Origin: Haplodiscus bocki
Lineage: Eukaryota
DNA length: 64,000 nt
Assembly (NCBI GenBank): GCA_965655095.1
Contig: OZ296659.1
Location: forward strand, 64,108,001-64,172,000
Reading direction: 5' to 3'
The notes under the pieces are model-generated. The model was not told the origin of the DNA and ran no database searches. It worked only from the letters and a program-made list of their open reading frames with translations. A program made the position numbers and the translations under genes. Positions 1-12,000 of the stretch are shown here, in pieces (positions within the stretch are counted from its first letter, which is position 1; the number at the start of each line of letters is the position of its first letter).

Positions 1-3000
1 TCAAGCATTGGCTGTTTGCCGATGGAAATCTACAGAATTCAATTTCGCAGTTTACTGAACATCAATATGCCACACACACCGTGACATCAGCTGAATGTGA
101 ATTTTTGTCGAAGTTTTGCATAACTTTTTGGTGCTTTGATACGGTATAAAAACGAACCCGGAACCTTTCTCATTCGCAGTGGTACCTGCACTCGAGGGCT
201 AATTTGGCAAATTACGTCGCTCAAACCTCACAATTGAGATTTGACAGGTTGGGGTTGTCCTTTCTACAAGTGGCAGAACATGGTCAATATGCAGAGGCTT
301 CAAAATGTTTGAGAGTCTGGAAAGGCTCCCTTCTATATGTTTCACTGTTGTGCAACTCTTCTGCATAGGGCAAATGCGAACGCTCTCGGTAGCAGACCCT
401 CCTACTTCGCTAGAAGATGTAAGTTTTTGTCAGGGGAACAAACTTCTTCAGCCAGCATTGTGAACTAAGTGTTCGAGCACAATTAAAAACCAACGAGGAA
501 GTTAGGTACGAATTGTGGAGGACTTAACTTTGAGTCATTCCGAAGCTCAGATTTTTTTGGGGTTTTTTTTCTTGTGACCGTCTTTGAGACATTTCTCTCA
601 TTAATTTTGTTGCGCATTGTATCGTTAGTGATTGTTTTTCTCAAGGTTTTGACCATTTTCGAGGTTTCTATGTCTTCCTCAAGTCTTTTCTCCTGCTTAA
701 AACACTGAAATTACTCTTACAAAAGGCGAATGAAACGGTAACGAAGATTAATAGTTAGTCGGCACAAAGACTTCGATACCTATCATTTTCGTTGTTCAAC
801 GCATCGCTGACAAGCATGCAGGAACTCTTGGTTGAAAACATGTTTAGCTGTAGTAGACAACGTTTCAGTCTGAAAGCATCTTCAAAACTAGATGTCACTA
901 GTTCCATTGTCTGCAGGAAGTCATAAAAAATAAAGGGAGTTTCTGGAAGCTGCCCTGCAAGAATCCCTACGCCATCTGGATTTGCGTGGTTGAATGGCAA
1001 ATACTTCTTCGAGAGGATTTCCGATGCGTCGAGAAAATGGGTTTTGATACGGACAGCAACAACCATACGGTGTTTTTTTCGCTCCGTTTGATGGAATTTC
1101 AATGCAATGGGTCTCCTGGTAATATAGTTTTCCGTTTTTCAAAACAGGTTTTTCTGAAACATTTTTCCCAGCAAGATCGAAAGGTAGCTGTACTTTTCCC
1201 AGGGTGCCAAAGCTTGTGTTTTTCACTCGTCATCTGGTATGCTAGCTACCTCTATTGAACGTTCCAGGCCTGATTTAAGCATTGTCTGAGAATTTTCGAA
1301 AGACTCTGATGTCGATAGAGAGGAATTAATAAGCATTCCTCTAATGAGCTCTTCAATGATTCTTGGAAGATGTCAGTGTTTCTTGCTGGAATCTTTGAAA
1401 AAAGCTTCACTGCAACAATCTTTCGAGAGAAACAAGGTTCTTGAAATACTAGAAGAGTAATGCATTTTCTGGCGTGAAGTGCCAACTCTCAGTCTACGGT
1501 AAACCGACGTATCAAAAACGTCTCGCCGCTTTTTTCAGACCATGAATGTATATATGATTTCTTCAACTTTGGGCAATGAAATGGCGTTTCGTAAACCAAG
1601 CCGCGAACGGTTAAGTTGTCTCAAAATACTTGCAGGGGAGAGGCTTCGTTGTTTAGCAAATTTTTTGCTTCCGAAAAATTCGCTATTTCATCGTAATCGT
1701 GCAAATGAACTTTTAACTCGTAGTGCGGAAAGAATTCCTTTGAGGTATACTTGGCAATGTCATTAAGTCCGTAGTGATATGAATGGCAAGGTATGGTTTA
1801 GGTGGAATAGTGCGTGTGTTCGGAGTATCACTGAAAAATTAGAAAATATTCTGGTGGTGGAAAGTGTAAAATAATTTTTTTCGACCCAAGGGCCAAAACA
1901 ATTTGGCAAAAACTTCTTAATGGGGTGTTGCAGAAAATTGTTTTGACATCTTACGCCTTTTCGCACCCAAAACAAACTTTGCAGTCTTTATCCGAAATCC
2001 TAGTAATGGTTTTCGGACAGTAAGGCAGATTTCTGTTTTTTTCCATGTAAACGTTTGCACAGAAGTTTTCGTTTTGCTTTCGGCTGCTTCTAGCCGGTTT
2101 TTATGGTTACTATTGTTTCGGAAATCTGGCGGTTTTTTTTTCTAGCCTGGCGAAGTTATGCGCCCCCTCTATTTTAAATGCTTGCAAATGTTTGATTGGA
2201 GGAATGATGAATCGAACGCGATTGGGGTCGAGCTACCGATGGAACTAGTTATCAATATTTTTCGTAGTATCTTGGAGCTTCAAAAGTTAGTTACGAATTT
2301 TCTAGCGATTAGTTTTTTTTGGCATTTTTTTAATTGTTTTCAAATTATGAATGTGCGGAAAACAACTGATTTTCCGGACACATGTTATCAGTAGCAGTAT
2401 TTTTGACGTCTTTCTTTAGGATACCAAAGCGAGTTGATGAGTTGAGGTACTCTAAAATAGTGGACTTCAGTCATCTTTACCATCTAGTACCACTATGAAT
2501 GAGTTTTTCCTCGAGTATGAGCAAGAAGAGCGTCTGTAAACTTTTCTTCATTCCACTGCTCTGGAAGCTGGTGGTTTTCGAAACCGCTATTGATGGGTGT
2601 CTGGTTCTTTTCAAACTGCAGACACGTGTTTTTTTTGAAAGAATGCAGACGTACATTTCTCATTGCAAGCGTCATCTCTGTGACCAAATCCAGTGGACAA
2701 GTTGGTTTTGGAATTTTTTCGCTTTCGAAACAGTTTATTTTCTTTTTCGAGCTCTCGGGTGCCACTGAGAAACCAAGATTACATCTGATCATCTGAAGCA
2801 TTGGCTGTTTGCCGATGGAAATCTACAGAATTCAATTTCGCAGTTTACTGAACATCAATATGCCACACACACCGTGACATCAGCTGAATGTGAATTTTTG
2901 TCGAAGTTTTGCATAACTTTTTGGTGCTTTGATACGGTATAAAAACGAACCCGGAACCTTTCTCATTCGCAGTGGTACCTGCACTCGAGGTCTAATTTGG

Positions 3001-6000
3001 CAAATTACGTCGCTCAGACCTCACAATTGAGATTTGACAGGTTGGGGTTGTCCTTTCTACAAGTGGCAGAACATGGTCAATATGCAGAGGCTTCAAAATG
3101 TTTGAGAGTCTGGAAAGGCTCCCTTCTATATGTTTCACTGTTGTGCAACTCTTCTGCATAGGGCAAATGCGAACGCTCTCGGTAGCAGACCCTCCTACTT
3201 CGCTAGAAGATGTAAGTTTTTGTCAGGGGAACAAACTTCTTCAGCCAGCATTGTGAACTAAGTGTTCGAGCACAATTAAAAACCAACGAGGAAGTTAGGT
3301 ACGAATTGTGGAGGACTTAACTTTGAGTCATTCCGAAGCTCAGATTTTTTTGGGGTTTTTTTTCTTGTGACCGTCTTTGAGACATTTCTCTCATTAATTT
3401 TGTTGCGCATTGTATCGTTAGTGATTGTTTTTCTGAAGGTTTTGACCATTTTCGAGGTTTCTATGTCTTCCTCAAGTCTTTTCTCCTGCTTAAAACACTG
3501 AAATTACTCTTACAAAAGGCGAATGAAACGGTAACGAAGATTAATAGTTAGTCGGCACAAAGACTACGATACCTATCATTTTCGTTGTTCAACGCATCGC
3601 TGACAAGCATACAGGAACTCTTGGTTGAAAACATGTTTAGCTGTAGGAGACAACGTTTCAGTCTGAAAGCATCTTCAAAACTAGATGTCACTGGTTCCAT
3701 TTTCTGCAGGAAGTCATAAAAAATAAAGGGAGTTTCTGGAAGCTGACCTGCAAGAGTCCCTACGCCATCTGGATTTGCGTGGTTGAATGGCAAATACTTC
3801 TTCGAGAGGATTTCCGATGCGTCGAGAAAATGGGTTTTGATACGGACAGCAACAACCATACGGTGTTTTTTCCGCTCCGTTTGATGGAATTTCAATGCAA
3901 TGGGTCTCCTGGTAATATAGTTTTCCGTTTTTCAAAACAGGTTTTTCTGAAACATTTTTCCCAGCAAGATCGAAAGGTAGCTGTACTTTTCCCAGGGTGC
4001 CAAAGCTTGTGTTTTTCACTCGTCATCTGGTATGCTAGCTACCTCTATTGAACGTTCCAGGCCTGATTTAAGCATTGTCTGAGAATTTTCGAAAGACTCT
4101 GATGTCGATAGAGAGGAATTAATAAGCATTCCTCTAATGAGCTCTTCAATGATTCTTGGAAGATGTCAGTGTTTCTTGCTGGAATCTTTGAAAAAAGCTT
4201 CACTGCAACAATCTTTCGAGAGAAACAAGGTTCTTGAAATACTAGAAGAGTAATGCATTTTCTGGCGTGAAGTGCCAACTCTCAGTCTACGGTAAACCGA
4301 CGTATCAAAAACGTCTCGCCGCTTTTTTCAGACCATGAATGTATATATGATTTCTTCAACTTTGGGCAATGAAATGGCGTTTCGTAAACCAAGCCGCGAA
4401 CGGTTAAGTTGTCTCAAAATACTTGCAGGGGAGAGGCTTCGTTGTTTAGCAAATTTTCTGCTTCCGAAAAATTCGCTGTTTCATCGTAATCGTGCAAATG
4501 AACTTTTAACTCGTAGTGCGGAAAGAATTCCTTTGAGGTATACTTGGCAATGTCATTAAGTCCGTAGTGATCTGAATGGCAAGGTATGGTTTAGGTGGAA
4601 TAGTGCGTGTGTTCGGAGTATCACTGAAAAATTAGAAAATATTCTGGTGGTGGAAAGTGTAAAATAATTTTTTTCGACCCAAGGGCCAAAACAATTTGGC
4701 AAAAACTTCTTAATGGGGTGTTGCAGAAAATTGTTTTGACATCTTACGCCTTTTCGCACCAAAACAAACTTTGCAGTCTTTATCCGAAATCCTAGTAATG
4801 GTTTTCGGACAGTAAGGCAGATTTCTGTTTTTTTCCATGTAAACGTTTGCACAGAAGTTTTCGTTTTGCTTTCGACTGCTTCTAGCCGGTTTTTATGGTT
4901 ACTATTGTTTCGGAAATCTGGCGGTTTTTTTTCTAGCCTGGCGAAGTTATGCGCCCCCTCTATTTTAAATGCTTGCAAATGTTTGATTGGAGGAATGATG
5001 AATCGAACGCGATTGGGGTCGAGCTACCGATGGAACTAGTTATCAATATTTTTCGTAGTATCTTGGAGCTTCAAAAGTTAGTTACGAATTTTCTAGCGAT
5101 TAGTTTTTTTTGGCATTTTTTTAATTGTTTTCAAATTATGAATGTGCGGAAAACAACTGATTTTCCGGACACATGTTATCAGTAGCAGTATTTTTGACGT
5201 CTTTCTTTAGGATACCAAAGCGAGTTGATGAGTTGAGGTACTCTAAAATAGTGGACTTCAGTCATCTTTACCATCTAGTACCACTATGAATGAGTTTTTC
5301 CTCGAGTATGAGCAAGAAGAGCGTCTGTAAACTTTTCTTCATTCCACTGCTCTGGAAGCTGGTGGTTTTCGAAACCGCTATTGATGGGTGTCTGGTTCTT
5401 TTCAAACTGCAGACACGTGTTTTTTTTGAAAGAATGCAGACGTACATTTCTCATTGCAAGCGTCATCTCTGTGACCAAATCCAGTGGACAAGTTGGTTTT
5501 GGAATTTTTTCGCTTTCGAAACAGTTTATTTTCTTTTTCGAGCTCTCGGGTGCCACTGAGAAACCAAGATTACATCTGATCATCTGAAGCATTGGCTGTT
5601 TGCCGATGGAAATCTACAGAATTCAATTTCGCAGTTTACTGAACATCAATATGCCACACACACCGTGACATCAGCTGAATGTGAATTTTTGTCGAAGTTT
5701 TGCATAACTTTTTGGTGCTTTGATACGGTATAAAAACGAACCCGGAACCTTTCTCATTCGCAGTGGTACCTGCACTCGAGGTCTAATTTGGCAAATTACG
5801 TCGCTCAGACCTCACAATTGAGATTTGACAGGTTGGGGTTGTCCTTTCTACAAGTGGCAGAACATGGTCAATATGCAGAGGCTTCAAAATGTTTGAGAGT
5901 CTGGAAAGGCTCCCTTCTATATGTTTCACTGTTGTGCAACTCTTCTGCATAGGGCAAATGCGAACGCTCTCGGTAGCAGACCCTCCTACTTCGCTAGAAG

Positions 6001-9000
6001 ATGTAAGTTTTTGTCAGGGGAACAAACTTCTTCAGCCAGCATTGTGAACTAAGTGTTCGAGCACAATTAAAAACCAACGAGGAAGTTAGGTACGAATTGT
6101 GGAGGACTTAACTTTGAGTCATTCCGAAGCTCAGATTTTTTTGGGTTTTTTTTTCTTGTGACCGTCTTTGAGACATTTCTCTCATTAATTTTGTTGCGCA
6201 TTGTATCGTTAGTGATTGTTTTTCTGAAGGTTTTGACCATTTTCGAGGTTTCTATGTCTTCCTCAAGTCTTTTCTCCTGCTTAAAACACTGAAATTACTC
6301 TTACAAAAGGCGAATGAAACGGTAACGAAGATTAATAGTTAGTCGGCACAAAGACTTCGATACCTATCATTTTCGTTGTTCAACGCATCGCTGACAAGCA
6401 TACAGGAACTCTTGGTTGAAAACATGTTTAGCTGTAGGAGACAACGTTTCAGTCTGAAAGCATCTTCAAAACTAGATGTCACTGGTTCCATTTTCTGCAG
6501 GAAGTCATAAAAAATAAAGGGAGTTTCTGGAAGCTGACCTGCAAGAGTCCCTACGCCATCTGGATTTGCGTGGTTGAATGGCAAATACTTCTTCGAGAGG
6601 ATTTCCGATGCGTCGAGAAAATGGGTTTTGATACGGACAGCAACAACCATACGGTGTTTTTTTCGCTCCGTTTGATGGAATTTCAATGCAATGGGTCTCC
6701 TGGTAATATAGTTTTCCGTTTTTCAAAACAGGTTTTTCTGAAACATTTTTCCCAGCAAGATCGAAAGGTAGCTGTACTTTTCCCAGGGTGCCAAAGCTTG
6801 TGTTTTTCACTCGTCATCTGGTATGCTAGCTACCTCTATTGAACGTTCCAGGCCTGATTTAAGCATTGTCTGAGAATTTTCGAAAGACTCTGATGTCGAT
6901 AGAGAGGAATTAATAAGCGTTCCTCTAATGAGCTCTTCAATGATTCTTGGAAGATGTCAGTGTTTCTTGCTGGAATCTTTGAAAAAAGCTTCACTGCAAC
7001 AATCTTTCGAGAGAAACAAGGTTCTTGAAATACTAGAAGAGTAATGCATTTTCTGGCGTGAAGTGCCAACTCTCAGTCTACGGTAAACCGACGTATCAAA
7101 AACGTCTCGCCGCTTTTTTCAGACCATGAATGTATATATGATTTCTTCAACTTTGGGCAATGAAATGGCGTTTCGTAAACCAAGCCGCGAACGGTTAAGT
7201 TGTCTCAAAATACTTGCAGGGGAGAGGCTTCGTTGTTTAGCAAATTTTCTGCTTCCGAAAAATTCGCTGTTTCATCGTAATCGTGCAAATGAACTTTTAA
7301 CTCGTAGTGCGGAAAGAATTCCTTTGAGGTATACTTGGCAATGTCATTAAGTCCGTAGTGATCTGAATGGCAAGGTATGGTTTAGGTGGAATAGTGCGTG
7401 TGTTCGGAGTATCACTGAAAAATTAGAAAATATTCTGGTGGTGTAAAGTGTAAAATAAATTTTTTCGACCCAAGGGCCAAAACATTTTGGCAAAAACTTC
7501 TTAATGGGGTGTTGCAGAAAGTTGTTTTGACATCTTACGCCTTTTCGCACCCAAAACAAACTTTGCAGTCTTTATCCGAAATCTTAGTAATGGTTTTCGG
7601 ACAGTAAGGCAGATTTCTGTTTTTTTCCAGGCAAACGTTTGCACAGAAGTTTTCGTTTTGCTTTCGGCTGCTTCTAGCCGGTTTTTATGGTTACTATTGT
7701 TTCGGAAATCTGGCGGAATATTTTCTAGAGTGGCGAAGTTATGCACCGCCTCTGTTTCAAATGCTTGCAAGAGTTTGATTGGAGGAATGATGAATTGAAG
7801 GCGATTGGAGTCAAGCTACCAATAGAACTAGTTATCAGTAATTTTTGTAGTATCTTGGAGCTTCAAAAGTTAGTTACGAATTTTCTAGCGATTAGTTTTT
7901 TTTGGCATTTTTTTAATTGTTTTCAAATTATGAATGTGCGGAAAACAACTGATTTTCCGGACACATGTTATCAGTAGCAGTATTTTTGACGTCTTTCTTT
8001 AGGATACCAAAGCGAGTTGATGAGTTGAGGTACTCTAAAATAGTGGACTTCAGTCATCTTTACCATCTAGTACCACTATGAATGAGTTTTTCCTCGAGTA
8101 TGAGCAAGAAGAGCGTCTGTAAACTTTTCTTCATTCCACTGCTCTGGAAGCTGGTGGTTTTCGAAACCGCTATTGATGGGTGTCTGGTTCTTTTCAAACT
8201 GCAGACACGTGTTTTTTTTGAAAGAATGCAGACGTACATTTCTCATTGCAAGCGTCATCTCTGTGACCAAATCCAGTGGACAAGTTGGTTTTGGAATTTT
8301 TTCGCTTTCGAAACAGTTTATTTTCTTTTTCGAGCTCTCGGGTGCCACTGAGAAACCAAGATTACATCTGATCATCTGAAGCATTGGCTGTTTGCCGATG
8401 GAAATCTACAGAATTCAATTTCGCAGTTTACTGAACATCAATATGCCACACACACCGTGACATCAGCTGAATGTGAATTTTTGTCGAAGTTTTGCATAAC
8501 TTTTTGGTGCTTTGATACGGTATAAAAACGAACCCGGAACCTTTCTCATTCGCAGTGGTACCTGCACTCGAGGTCTAATTTGGCAAATTACGTCGCTCAG
8601 ACCTCACAATTGAGATTTGACAGGTTGGGGTTGTCCTTTCTACAAGTGGCAGAACATGGTCAATATGCAGAGGCTTCAAAATGTTTGAGAGTCTGGAAAG
8701 GCTCCCTTCTATATGTTTCACTGTTGTGCAACTCTTCTGCATAGGGCAAATGCGAACGCTCTCGGTAGCAGACCCTCCTACTTCGCTAGAAGATGTAAGT
8801 TTTTGTCAGGGGAACAAACTTCTTCAGCCAGCATTGTGAACTAAGTGTTCGAGCACAATTAAAAACCAACGAGGAAGTTAGGTACGAATTGTGGAAGACT
8901 TAACTTTGAGTCATTCCGAAGCCCGGATTTTTTAGGTTTTTCATCTTGTGACCGTCTTTGAGACTTTTCTCTGCCAGTAATTTTGTTGCACATTGTATCG

Positions 9001-12000
9001 TTAGTGATTGTTTTTCTGAAAGGTTTTGACCTTTTTCGAGGTTGCTATGTCTTCCTCAAGTCTTTTCTCCTGCTTAAAACACTGAAATTACTCTTAGAAA
9101 AGGCGAATGAAACGGTAACGAAGATTAATAGTTAGTCGGCACAAAGACTTCGATACCTATCATTTTCGTTGTTCAACGCATCGCTGACAAGCATGCAGGA
9201 ACTCTTGGTTGAAAACATGTTTGGCTGTAGTAGACAACGTTTCAGTCTGAAAGCATCTTCAAAACTAGATGTCACTGGTTCCATTGTCTGCAGGAAGTCA
9301 TAAAAAATAAAGGGAGTTTCTGGAAGCTGCCCTGCAAGAATCCCTACGCCATCTGGATTTGCGTGGTTGAATGACATATACTTCTTCGAGAGGATTTCCG
9401 ATGCGTCGAGAAAATGGGTTTTAATACGGACAGCAACAACCCTACGGTGTTTTTTTTTCGCTCCGTTTGATGGAATTTCAATGCAATGGGTCTCCTGTTA
9501 ATATAGTTTTCCGTTTTTCAAAACAGGTTTTTCTGAAACATTTTTCCCAAAAAGGTTGAAAGGTAGCTGTACTTTCCCCAGGGTGCAAAAGCTTGTGTTT
9601 TTCACTCGTCATCTGGTATGCTAGCTACCTTATTGAACGTTCCAGGCCTGATTTAAGCATTGTCTGAGAATTTTCGAAAGTTTCTGATGTCGATAGAGAG
9701 GAATTAATAAGCATTCCTCTAATGAGCTCTTCAATGATTCTTGGAAGATGTCAGTGTTTCTTGCTGGAATCTTTGAAAAAAGCTTCACTGCAACAATCTT
9801 TCGAGAGAAACAAGGTTCTTGAAATACTAGAAGAGTAATGCATTTTCTGGCGTGAAGTGCCAACTCTCAGTCTACGGTAAACCGACGTATCAAAAACGTC
9901 TCGCCGCTTTTTTCAGACCATGAATGTATATGTGGACTTCTTCAACTTTGGGCAATGAAATGGCGTTTTGTAAACCAAGTTGAGAACGGCTAACTTGTCT
10001 CAAAGTACTTGCAGGGGAGAGGCTTCGATGTTTAGCTAATTTTTTGCTTTCGAAATTATCGCTACTTCATCGTAATCATGCAAAGGAGTTTTTAACTCGT
10101 AGTGCGGAAAGAATTCCTTTGAGGTATACTTGGCAATGTCATTAAGTCCGTAGTGATCTGAATGGCAAGGTATGGTTTAGGTGGAATAGTGCGTGTGTTC
10201 GGAGTATCACTGAAAAATTAGAAAATATTCTGGTGGTGGAAAGTGTAAAATAAATTTTTTCGACCCAAGGGCCAAAACATTTTGGCAAAAACTTCTTAAT
10301 GGGGTGTTGCAGAAAGTTGTTTTGACATCTTACGCCTTTTCGCACCCAAAACAAACTTTGCAGTCTTTATCCGAAATCTTAGTAATGGTTTTCGGACAGT
10401 AAGGCAGATTTCTGTTTTTTTCCAGGCAAACGTTTGCACAGAAGTTTTCGTTTTGCTTTCGGCTGCTTCTAGCCGGTTTCTATGGTTACTATTGTTTTGG
10501 AAATCTGGTGGTTTTTTTCCTAGCCTGGCGAAGTTATGCGCCCCCTCTATTTTAAATGCTTGCAAAAGTTTGATTGGAGGAATGATGAATCGAACGCGAT
10601 TGGGGTCGAGCTACCGATGGAACTAGTTATCAATATTTTTCGTAGTATCTTGGAGCTTCAAAAATTAGTCACGAATTTTCTAGCGATTAGTTTCTTTTGG
10701 CATTTTTTTAATTGTTTCCAAATAATGAATGTGCGGAAAACAACTGATTTTCCGGACACATGTTATCAGTAGCAGTATTTTTGACGTCTTTCTTTAGGAT
10801 ACCAAAGCGAGTTGATGAGTTGAGGTACTCTAAAATAGTGGACTTTAGTCATCTTTACCATCTAGTAACTTTTTGAATCAGGTTTTCCTCGAGTATAAGC
10901 AAGGAGAGCGTACGTAGACTTTCTTTCTTCCTTCCACCGCTCTAAAAACTGGTTGTTTTCGAAACTGCTATTGAAGGGGCGTCTGGTTTGTTTTCAAAGT
11001 TTAGACACGTTTATTTTTAGAAAATGCAGTCATACGTTTCTCATTGCAAGTGTCATCTCTGTGACCAAATCCAGTGGACAAGTTGGTTCTGGAATTTTTT
11101 CGCCGTTTGCTTTCGAAACAGTTTAATATTTTCTTTTTCGAGCTCTCGGGTGCCACTGAAAAACCAAGATTACATCTAATTTTCTCAAGAAGCATTGGCT
11201 GTTTGCCGATGGAAATCTACGGAATTCAATTTCGCAGTTTACTGAACATCAATATGCCACACACACACAGTGACATCAGCTGAATGTGAACTTTTTGTCG
11301 AAGTTTTGCATAACTTTTTGGTGCTTTCATACGGTATAAAAACGAACCCGGAACCTGTCTCATTCGCAATGGTACCTGCACTCGAAGGCAAATTTGGCAA
11401 ATTACGTCGCTCAGACCTCACAATTGAACTTTCACAGGCTGGGTAGTCCTTTCTTCAAGTGGCAGAACATGATCTTTATGCATAGGCTTCAAAATGTTCG
11501 AGAAACTGGGAAGGCTCCCTTCTATATGCTTCACTGTTGTGTAACTCTTCTGCATAGGGCAAATGCGAACGCTCTCGGTAGCAGACCCTCCTACTTCGCT
11601 AGAAGATGTAAGTTTTTGTCAGGGGAACAAATTTCTTCAGCCAGCATTGTGAACTAAGTGTTCGAGCACAATTAAAAACCAACGAGGAAGTTAGGTACGA
11701 ATTGTGGAAGACTTAACTTTGAGTCATTCCGAAGCCCGGATTTTTTAGGTTTTTCATCTTGTGACCGTCTTTGAGACTTTTCTCTGCCAGTAATTTTGTT
11801 GCACATTGTATCGTTAGTGATTGTTTTTCTGAAAGGTTTTGACCTTTTTCGAGGTTGCTATGTCTTCCTCAAGTCTTTTCTCCTGCTTAAAACACTGAAA
11901 TTACTCTTAGAAAAGGCGAATGAAACGGTAACGAAGATTAATAGTTAGTCGGCACAAAGACTTCGATACCTATCATTTTCGTTGTTCAACGCATCGCTGA

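Noticed and set aside
1627-1750. U1 snRNA-like words in the monomer (ATACTT-GCAGGGGAGA-GGCTT, ATTTGTGGTA in distal copies, TTTTCCCAGGG at ~1194)
   Set aside because: It lacks the essential ACCTG 5' splice-site pairing sequence, the GATCACGAAG and ATTGCAC loops and the 3' stem-loop, and one piece is out of order. Likely chance, and an Rfam cmscan would settle it.
9962-9990. Spliced-leader-like GTTTTGTAAACCAAGTTGAG
   Set aside because: It is not followed by a GT donor and is not conserved across copies.
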